Source: Basidiobolus meristosporus CBS 931.73 (lineage: Eukaryota > Fungi > Basidiobolomycota). From it: a DNA stretch of 64,000 nt. Where the stretch lies: assembly GCA_002104905.1 (NCBI GenBank), contig MCFE01000313.1, forward strand, positions 1-64,000. Reading direction: 5' to 3'. Position numbers and translations under genes: made by a program. Below the pieces are notes generated by a model that ran no database searches, was not told the origin of the DNA, and saw nothing but the letters and a program-made list of their open reading frames with translations. Positions 50,647 to 61,147 of the stretch are shown piece by piece (within the stretch, counting starts at the first letter, position 1; the number at the start of each line of letters is the position of its first letter).

Positions 50647-53600
50647 TGTTGTAAATCCTGTAATCACACATAAATACTCTCCTAACCCAGTCACTTGGAT
50701 TGTTGCCTACAAATCTTACAGAAGTCTGACCAAACTCCTTCCCAGCATTTACCTAAAATATTTCAACAAAATATCAGGGACTCATAACATGAAGTTTCTC
50801 AAAGTAGTCAAAATAACCTCAAACTTTGGTCACATGCTCTTGGGACATTGCTAAGTATTCTACATGTTTGTTTTGCCAAGACCAGACAAAAGTACAAGTA
50901 CTATTTTATCATTCAAGAAGTTGCTAATGTTGTAAGAGTCTTGGAGATATTGGAAGTGATTGGGAGAACAAGTAGATTATGTGGTTTTCACCAAATGATT
51001 TATTGAATGTAAAAGTAGTATTTATACTTTTACATAGTCTTGGCACTAAAAACACGTAGAATAGATTGAGAAAGATTACAAGAACATGTGTGCAAAGTTT
51101 GAGGCTGTTTGGACAACTTTGAGAATTTTCATTTTCTAGATACCTGGTATTTTGGTGAAAATATTCTAAGTAAATCCCAACATGGAATTTGGTCAGTATT
51201 CTCTAGGATTTGAAGGTAATGATCTAAGTGACTAAGTTAGGTGAATATTTAGGTGGAAATACAAGTTTTTACAACATTTCCACTCAGCTAAATGCTCATA
51301 CTGACTAGTCCTAATTTTGACCTAAGATATTCAAACTTGTCTCTAGCTAATGGTTTGGTAAATATGTCTGCAATCATTTCATCTGTAGGACAGTCAACTA
51401 GGCCAACTAAGTTATTCTCTTTAGCTTCACAAATGAAATGATGTCTAATATCTATGTGCTTGGTTCTAGCATGAAAAGTTGAATTTCTACCTAATTATAT
51501 ACATCCTTGATTATCTTGAAATAAAGTAATAGGCGTTTTTTGACATAGGCCTAAATCTGTAAAAAGCTTTCTTAACCACATTGCTTCTTTTTTAGCTTCA
51601 CAGGCTGCCATATACTCTGCCTCTGTGGTAGAAAGAGCTACTGTTGGTTGCTTTCTTGAATTCCATGAAATTGCTCCTTGACAGTAAAGTAAGGTGTATC
51701 CTGTGGTGGATCTTCTGTCTTCTAAATTTTGTCCCCAATCAGCATCAGAGTATCCCACAAGATCCTGTTACAATTCCTTATAAGTGTATCTTAAGCAGAT
51801 ATCAGCAGTTCCTTTTAGGTATCTAAAATCTGCTTAACTGCTGCAATATGATCAGATCCATAGTACTGATTATGTAGGCTGACAACTCCCACTGAATACA
51901 AGATATCTGGACGTATTCCAAGCATAATATACATCAGACTGGCAATCACAGATTGCTAAGGAAAGTCAGGGCTTTCAGATGGCACCAAGCTCTCTTGATT
52001 TGCTTTGGTATTGAAGAGTCTGTATGCCTTACTCTCATTGCAGTAGCCCAAAGATATGCATTTTACACTTTTTGGCTCTAATTTTGACTGATTTCCAGGC
52101 AGTTACTTGGCATATGCTGTACACCCAAATATTCTTAGATGTTCTGCACCTGGCCTGGATTCATACCATGCTTCAAATGGAGTGGAATCACAAAGTATTC
52201 TGTTATAACTCCTATTTTTAAGGTTTACAGCTGTATCAACTGATTCCACTCAAAAATCATTGGATATTTTTGATCATGGAGCATAGATCTTGCCATATCA
52301 TTTATTGATCTGTTAGCACGTTCAGCTACTCCATTTTGCTGTGGGGAGTATGGTACAGTAGTCTCTTGCTTTATTGCATGAATTTTGCAGAAGTGGATGA
52401 AGAGTTTTGAGGTATATTCTCCACCATTGTTAGAGCATATTTTCTTGATTTTTTCACCACTTTCTCTTTCCACCATGGCTTTAGACTCCCTGAACTTAGG
52501 CAGAGCTTCTTCCTTTCTCTCCATGAGGTAGACCCATGTGTATCTTGTATGATCATCAATAAAAGTGATTAAATACTTCATCCCACCTAAGGATAAATTT
52601 TGCATAGGTCCACACAGATCCAAGTGAATTAGATCTAATATTTTCTTAGTTTTGATCAACCCAGAGCTCTTGAACAGTTGTCTGGCTTGTTTCCCATATA
52701 TGCAGGCTTCACAGTGCTCCAATTTAGCTGGGGGATCAATTCTTACTCCAGAAATTAGCTGATCTTTGATCATTTTGTGCAAATATTAAAAATTGACGTG
52801 CCCAAATCTCCTGTCCCAAAGCATTGGTATTTCTTCATTTAAGTTACTTATATTGGCTTCCAAATATGATGGAATATAATTCAACTCATATAGATTCTGA
52901 TCTCTGATACCCAAAGCAATATAGGCACCATTTTGATAAGTGATCTTGCATCCAGAATTGTCAAAGCTGTAACAGAGTCCTTCCGCTGTGGCCTTGCTTA
53001 CAGATAGTAGGTTCTTGGCTATTTCTGGTACATAGAGCACTTCTTTAAAGGTCAGTGTATGGCTTCCTTCATTGCTTCTTAGGTTTACTTGGATAGTTCC
53101 TTGTCCCACTGCATCAAGTGTTCTATCATCACCCATGAAAGCCTTCTTAATTGGAATTTCTTGATATTGGGTTAAAAGTTCTTTTTGGTGTGTAAAGTGT
53201 TGAGATGCTCCAGAGTCAATATGCCAGGTCTGAGAATCCTTGTTTATGGTCATATATAGTGCAGGTATGAATAGTCTATCTTCAGTTGTTGCAGCATTTC
53301 TGTATTCAAACTTTTTCTGCTGACTATCTTTCTTTTTGAAGCACCAGTCAGATGTGTGTCCTTTCTTTTGCAGTAGCCACAGAACAGGTTGCTGTTGCCT
53401 TTGTAGGATCTTGGGCACCTCCTTTGTTGGTTATCATTGCTTATTAAAGCATTTTCTTCTTCCTTATTGGCACTTGATTTTCTTAATTCTTCATCTAGGA
53501 GCCTTCCATATTTGTAACTTAAGGTCAAATCTTCAGTTCTGGACTCTAGGGCTGATACAAGGCCCTGAAACTTGTCTTTCAGGCTATTCAGGATGGTAAC

Positions 53601-55050
53601 TATCATGTCCTCATCAGTAGTTGGTGCACCCACAGATTCCATTTCATCTACCTGCAGGGTGATTCTGTTAATTAGATTTTCATTTCTTCTCCTGGCAGCA
53701 TCTTTGTAGTAAGGAATTTTTGTCTCAGATGCATTTTCTTAGCAGCTGAACATGACTGGTAGGTGTCTTCTAATGCCTTCCAGGCATTCTTTGCTGTTTT
53801 GCTCTTGAGCATTGAATTAGCAATTTGTCCTTAACATTAAGGCAAATGCAGTTAAAGGCAGTTTGTTCTTTCTTCTGGTACTTTAAGGCTTCCTCTCCCA
53901 CATTTTTAGGAGGGCACTCTTCTCCCATGACAATATCCCAAAGGCCTTTTTCTTATGGCAGCATCTTCATCATCCAATTCCACACTTGGCAGTTAGATCC
54001 ATCCAACTTTTCAGCAGAAGGAAAAATTCCAGTAATAGCAGTTGTAGACATTGCAGAGAGTGACAGCTTGGTGCTCATAACCTGTTGTAAGAGTCTTGAA
54101 GATATTGGAAGCTATTGAGAGAACAAGCAGATTATGTGGCTTTCACTTGATGATTTACTGAAAGTAAAAGTAGTGATTATACTTTTGCATGAGCTTGGCA
54201 TTACAGACATGCAGAATAGGCTACAAAAGGTCCCAAGAACATGTGTGCAAAGTTTGGGGCTGTTTGGAAAACTTTGAGAATTTTCATTTTCTGGGTACCT
54301 GGTATTTTGGTGAAAATATTCCAAGTAAATCCTGACATGAAATTTGGTCAGTATTCTCTAGGATTTGAAGGTAATGATATAAGTGACTAAGCTAGGTGAA
54401 TATTTAGGTGGAATTATGAATTTTTACAACAGTTAAGTGCAGACCACAAATATACTTGTTCTCCCAATCACTTCCAGTATCTCCAAAACTCATTCTTCAG
54501 GCTATGGGCCTCAGGTAGTCACTTTCTGGAGTACTTTCCACTGCTACTACTGGAAATTTTCTTTGTAGTGAAAAGTTAGATGCATCAAACTACTCAGTCT
54601 GCAAGGCAAAGATAAAAATACTGCTACAGGAAAGAGGCCTTTGATATATTATCATGGGAGAAGAGCTTCCTCCTAAAGGAGTAGGAGAGGGGACCCTAAG
54701 GTACAAGAAGCTATACAGAAGTGCTGTTCACTGAATCTGCCTTAAAGCTCAAGACAAATTGCTAATTCAATTCTCAAGAGCAAAAACAGCAATGAATGCC
54801 TGGAGGTCATTAGAAGACAGCTACCAGTTATGTTGAGCTGCTAGGAAAATGTATCTTAGCAGAATATTCCTTACTACAAGGATGGCTCAGGATAAGAAAT
54901 GAAAAATTTAATCAACAGAATTACCCTGCTGGTTTATGGGATGGGATATTTGGGTGTATAAACTACTGATGGAGATGTGATGGTAACCCTCCTGAATAGC
55001 CTGACAGGAAAGATTTAGGGCCTAGTATCAGCCTCAGAGTCCAAAGCTTA
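50647..55050 (+). mobile_element. Copia fragment B: 5' LTR split by element C (50647-50927 and ~54437-54499), PBS and decayed gag
   Basis: LTR sequence resumes after 54436; GGCTATGGGCCTCAG PBS-like at 54500; degenerate gag SEKLDASNY...KILLQERGL follows. Confidence 0.8.
50928..54431 (-). mobile_element. Copia element C, 3.5 kb, two LTRs, RT largely deleted, inactivated
   Basis: LTRs 50928-51276 and 54083-54431; PBS (GGTTATGAGCACC on minus) at 54070-54082; TSD GCTAA/GTTAA; gag, CCHC knuckle, protease WHIDSGASQH, integrase DLCGPM...PQQNGVAER, RNase H YSDADWG; integrase joins the RT C-terminus near 52000. Confidence 0.92.
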
Positions 55051-55299
55051 AGACATGACTTTAGAGTAGGTGTTGTATCCAAGAGATAAGTGTAATAAAG
55101 CTCTTGAAGAATTCAATTGAACCAAAGGGATAATTAAGTGCAGAATCTCAGAATGTGGCAAAATATCAGCACAAATATTCTGGTTGAATGCTGGTTGTGG
55201 ATGTAGCTGGGCTTATCATCAGAGTGATATTTAAGTGACTCTTGATTGGTTGCCTGACAATTTACTCACCTTCCAATCCCAGACACACTATCACCTCCT

Positions 55300-58200
55300 A
55301 TGTTTGTGTGCATTGATTGGCTATTGCCTCTTTATCACACTCCCTACTTCTTGACTCAACCATTTCTCTTACTTCTCATGCGTACAATTGATTTATTGCT
55401 GTTGACACTTCAGTTGTACCTCAATAGCCAATTGTATTGTCCTATAAATCCCTATACCCTACACTAACATTAAGCCCAACCCCACACTCAACAAGTAACT
55501 CCATTAATATCCACCACTCAATAAGTATTTCTGCTTTAACACTCTGGTTCCATAACTTTAGCAGGAACCCAATGGCTTTATGCCACTGTTCATTCACTGG
55601 TTCCCACACATCCTGGTCTTCATCCAGCACTGCAAGGTCTAGCACCTCATCTGCCAGTCTATGCAATAAATCTTTGCAATATTCAAGTGTGTTTTCTTGA
55701 GCACTGCTCTTGAAGAAGTGTTGCAACCTCTTGGTGTGCCTATTAATGTTCAAAAACTCCACTGAAGGCATTCTGATAGACTTTTGAGTTCTTGACATTG
55801 TAGCCTTGTCTGTCAGTGGGATCTTCACTCTGTCAACAATGCAAGGTGTGGAGGCTGTGGTTGACAAATTGCCTTTTTCTGCAAACTCATCTACCTTGCT
55901 GGAGTGTAGCTCAACTGGCTGTGCTTCCAACTCTTCTAAAAACAGCTGTTTCTTGTTGGTAATTCTTCTTGACTATGATAGGATTCAGTCTGTTCCTGGC
56001 TTGTAGCCTTAATTGGCAAGAACTGCAGTTTTTTTGCATGCCTCCCTGTCTCAGGCTTGGGTTGACATTTTTCTCTAAATCTTTTCCTTTATCACTGCCA
56101 GGTCTTTCACCACTACTTTGTCCAAGTGCTTCTTGTAATGAACTATGTTTTCTCCGTGATATATTCTGCTCAGATACAACTGTTTTAGCCTGCCTGTTCC
56201 TTGCTGGTACTCTCCTGGCAACCTGGTGTTTCTTTTCTGCTTGTTTGAAGCTCTCATCTGTAGTTTTGACAGGCTGTTGTAAAAGCTGCCAGTTTTTATC
56301 ACTGCCAGGTCCTTCACTGCTACTTTGACTGAGAGCTTCTTGAGTGGTACTATGCTTTTTCCTTGATAAATGTTGTTCTGATGCATCAATGTCTGCCTGC
56401 TTGTCCCTAATTGGCACTCTTCAAGCTACCTAACATCTCTTTAATGCTTGTCAGGAGCTTCTGGCCCTGCCTGTTACAGGCTCTTGAGGAGGCCACTAGT
56501 ATTTAGCCATGGTGCCCTTGTGCTTCTGCCTTTGATAGTTTCTGCTATTCTTAAGATACTTTCTTAGCATACCAATGCTGGCCTAAAATCTGTTTACTTG
56601 TTTGAATCCAGGATAACACTCATGGAACAAGTCAAGTGTATACTGCTTGGCCTTGAGTTCCTGATGGTCCCATGGTATACTGGCCTTAAGATGATGGTGT
56701 GCTAGACTTCTGACAGCCTCTTGAATATTAGCCCACTCTTCACTATTACACTCAATGGCTTCACAGATCTTCAATGTCTTTTGATTTTTTGACTTTAGAA
56801 TAAACACCACATTGTCTCCTGCCCACAATGTAATAGGTTCTTTTATGGGCTTTATCTTTTGACACTGTTGTTGTGCTTCAAAGACTGTACAGTGTTTCTC
56901 TACTGTTATATTAGGAAATGGCTCAATTCTTGGCTGTGACATTGAGCAGCTTGAGTTTCTTTATTGCAGCAAAGATACTGCTTTCTCTACCTGGGATATT
57001 GATTGCTCTACATGTATTATCTGCTTATCCTGTTTCTGGACTATTTCCAGATTTCTCTGGGCTATTGCATCTATCCTATCTGCCACTCCACCTATTTGCT
57101 TCATTGATGCTTTGGTATGAGCTGACAACATAATTGCTAATATGGGTGGTGGTGATGTTATGATGTCTACTTGCTGATCTTTGACTGAGGGTACTGCATT
57201 TGCTACATTCTCATCTGCCTGAGCACAATGGTCAGCTTGTGGCTCCGCCAAGGTTCTCAATTGCCTACTTGACCAAGAGCCTGAGGGGTCCGCATTATTA
57301 CCTTCAGTGGGCACTATGTTAATATGGCCTTATTTAGATGTAGCCCTGCTTGTTGCACTGAATGTCAAAGCAAGCTGTAGTCCAACCTTTCTTCTGCTGC
57401 CATCAATGGTGGGGTTTAGTTGGGGACCAGATGACTTTGTTTTATTTTTTGGCAGTATATACATGAAACTGAGACAAACCAAAGGGGAAATAGTGTTACA
57501 TACACATGTATATGTGGTGCCATAACTTTATTATAATGCTTACTATGATGGGTCATAACTAAATCTTATATTCATGTAGGTACAATGTCTCAAATACAAG
57601 ACTGTCTTAAGTTCACATGAGTGTTGACCAAAAAGTGGTATAATAGCATTACATTATTGAAGGTCAAGCTGTTTGCCCCATGGACAAGACTACTTTGACT
57701 CAATACCATAAGAGAAGAGAATAAAAACCATGTGGCTATTGTTTCAAGCCTCTCAGCCATGAAGCACACAGACAGCATAGGAAGTGTTACAAGGATCACA
57801 GCCAGTGTTTTGCCACCCAAGTCATATTTAACCATTCATTAATCACTACTGTACCAACATTATCTTGCTGGCCAGTTGATGCTTCTATATTGGCACCTGG
57901 CTGTCTTTGTCACATTGTGCAAACTCAGTCAGGTGAGTTTGTGATGCCTTTAGGCACACCTCAGCCTTCTGAATATGGCATACAGAGTGATTGCTCTGAC
58001 AAGAAGGTTCACTGATGGATTGTGAGTCTATCTCCCCTAACAACAGTACCATGTATGAGCCTGGTCAAATCCCAATATGCAATGAGACAACACCTGTTGT
58101 AACAAATGCCAAGGATACTTTATGGAGCCAAGTGAGCCCAGTAATCCATCTACTGGTGAATGATGTAATGCTGTGGCTAGAGAAGTGGTGCATTTCCACT

Positions 58201-58940
58201 AATATCAGTAATGCAGGCTTTGAGGATTTATTACTAGTTCTTGCCAAAATCATTCCAGGATGTAACTTACCATGTACATGGCACAAGTGGACAACCATCA
58301 TTTGGCTGGCAACATATGATCTAGAGACTGTCCTGATTCAAGCATGTGCTAACAGTTGCATGACATTTACATCCAAAAATGCACAATTGCAACAAGTCCA
58401 AAATGTCAGGAATCCACCACCATTGAGGGAAAACATTGTTCACACTTGGGATATATTCTGGTAATACCCCATCGGAGGAAGCTAATTCAGTGCAACAACT
58501 ATTGCAAAGCTATACAGTACTGCACTCAATATCAATCAAGCGCAAGCATATCCAATATATTTGATGGCAAACATTACAAACAGCTAAGAAGCAAGGGCTA
58601 CCATGAAGGTATGCAAGACCATGCCTTTGCCTTAGAACTTGATAGATTCCCATTAAAGAAGTACTTTACAAGTAAATCTTGCTCCCCACTGCTTCTCATC
58701 AATCAGAATCTGCTGCCCATCTTATAGTTTCAGAGCAATAATCTGATGGTAGTCTCACTGGTATCTAGGCCTAAGTCACTGTCCAACCTTGATAGCTATC
58801 TGTATACATTGCTGGATGAATTTTGTATACTTTCCAGCAGGATAACAGTAAATGACTGTCATGTAAAAGCTCATGTCATTATCTGCATTGGAGATACCCC
58901 AGCCAACAGCAAGATAGCTAGCCTTTCTGGGTTTGTGTGA
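55300..58940. mobile_element. Decayed CACTA/EnSpm-like DNA transposon: Tnp2-type transposase remnant (+, ~58015-58940) and divergent second ORF remnant (-, ~55400-57314)
   Basis: Plus-strand fragments IQACANSCM, NIFDGKHYK, LLLINQNLLP...NLMVVSLVSRPK...LDSYLYTLLDE, AHVIICIGDTPANSK follow the Transposase_21 motif order; many stops; termini not found. Confidence 0.6.
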
Positions 58941-59192
58941 ATTGATTGGCTATTGCCTCTTTTTCACACTCCTTACTTCTGGACTCAGCCATATCTGTTA
59001 CTTTTCATGTCTATGAATTGATTTATTTCCATTGAAGCTTCAGTTGTACATCAATTGCCATTTGTATTGACCTATACAAGTCCCTATACCCTACATTGAC
59101 AATAAGCCCAACTCCACACTTAACAAGTACCTCCATCAAAATCCACCACTCAATAGTATTTCTGCTGTAATGCTTGGGTTCTATGACTTTGG
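58934..59192 (+). repeat. ~260-bp diverged direct repeat of 55301-55562
   Basis: TGTG...ATTGATTGGCTATTGCCTCTTT...CCCTATACCCTACA...ATCCACCACTCAATA shared between the two sites. Confidence 0.85.
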
Positions 59193-59199
59193 AGGGAAC

Positions 59200-60571
59200 C
59201 CACCCTATGAAAATAATTTGGTCCTGCAGGTGGTTCCAATCTGGATCAGCCATCAAGATCCCATTTAGAGGCCATCATAATAACAGCAGCTTGGAATTAG
59301 TGACTCACCTAACAATCTTACGATGGGATCATGTTGGTGTATTGCTAATTTTACAGCCAAATAGAGGGATCAAACTTGACAATATTTTATTGGTGCTGTG
59401 ACAATATTTGATGGTATTGTTGTGGTCTTTCAGCACTCTATAACTATTTTAAGTGGATCCAGTTGGCCAGGACATTCAATTTGCTTATATGGCAAGCAAT
59501 GTGATAATATTTCAATGGCCTCACAGCAAGACTCTGATGGCATTATAGCAGCAGTATGATGGCCTACTGCTGGTTCTGTATAATGCTACCCTACAAATTT
59601 ACCAAATGGTATTTCCTTTTTCTACCTCTCCTTGTGCAATTCATACATTCCACTGCAGAATTGCCCCTCTTTATTTGCTTACCCACTACTACCTTGGGTA
59701 TTCCACATTTGTATTGAATCATAAAAAACTATTGCCTCCTGATTACCAACCTCTACAAATGTGCACACCTGCCGCAATTGGCATACTTCTATCACCTCAA
59801 CTTAAAGCTTTTAGTGTGATACTTGCAAAGTTGCCATATACCTTGTACTGCTGGCAACATATGTGGGTTATTACTGACTGTACTTGGTGAGTGGGAGAGC
59901 TTGTTGGTCAAGTCAGTACCACTTGGTTCAGAGTAGCTTCCAATAGAAGGTAGCAAGGTAATAAAGACTTGTGTTTATTTTGTCCAAATCCTCCTCTTGC
60001 TTGGTTCAATTGGGTAGATATATATATATCACTTGGGGGCTTAGTGTTATGAATAGACACAAGGCAGGAGAGTAGGGCTAGGCAAGGCAGGACCAGGAAA
60101 GGACTTAGGTGTGGATCAACAAGGCAAGGCGGATTTCCAAGGCAAGGCTGTTTATTCAAGACCTGTGTTTATCGGACTGAGGAATACTTAAGGGGGGATA
60201 GGACAATATATACTTTTTGGTTATACTGATGCCAAGAGATATTGGCTAATACTAATGGGGTTGTGAGGTGAGGCACAGCAATGTGCTGGGGATAATAATA
60301 TAGAAGGCAAGGCACTGAGACAGGATGGAGAAATGGATTGGGTAACCTGATCATGTGACTAAGTCATATGACCTGGTTTTTCCATATATGGTACTGGACT
60401 ATGAAAAATATGATGGGAAGCTTCCATGGAATGTTCCATTGTGTAACAATGGTTTGGAATGGTCAGGAACTTTCTGGAAGGTGGTAGAAGGTTCCAGAAG
60501 GAATCTCTTAGAAATTGAGCTTGGAAGCTGAAACTTGGCATGGGTGTTCATGGTTGTCATATGATCATGAC
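59200..60571 (-). mobile_element. Probable highly decayed Ty3/Gypsy LTR plus gag/protease remnants
   Basis: Minus strand starts TGTCATGATC at 60571, has TTCCAGAA/TTCTGGAA motifs, TATATA run and AATAAA; downstream stop-ridden coding-like sequence. Boundaries uncertain. Confidence 0.35.
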
Positions 60572-61147
60572 ACTTAGATAATAGACAATGTGTTATAAAA
60601 TAGGGGTGTGAACACCTTCCTGTTATGGTAAGTGTTCTAGCTAGATGAGGGCAGGGATAGGGGGGAGGGCGCGTGGGGGAATCATAGGGAGGATACTGGT
60701 GGACTTTGGGTAGGACTCTGGAGAGAACTCTTGGGCAAAGAGTGGGTACTGCATTTAGTACTTACATATCCTGGGGGTTAAGAGGGAGCTTTGTCCTTGA
60801 AGTTCTTTTGACTAACTTGCTTCTCCAGGGTCAATTTTGTTCACGGAGCATGGGGAGTCACCATAGTACCATTGCTGGTTGTCACTTGCAAGGGGGTTGC
60901 AGGCAATTACCTGGTACCATTCAGCGGCAGAGTGGGGTGTGGCTTTTGTTGCTTGAGGGATGTTTTCCACAGAGCCCAAATAGTTGGCAAACTATAGGGT
61001 TCTGTGTAAGTTCCTTGGGAGGGTTGGAGAACAAGAAAAGGTGCAATAGCGCGATAAAGTCTTGCTTCTTTATCTTGCAAACATTGTTGGGGCTTGTCCT
61101 TTTAGTGTTCAATATGATGGCTGGGGACCTTTTGAAGAGGGTGTACA

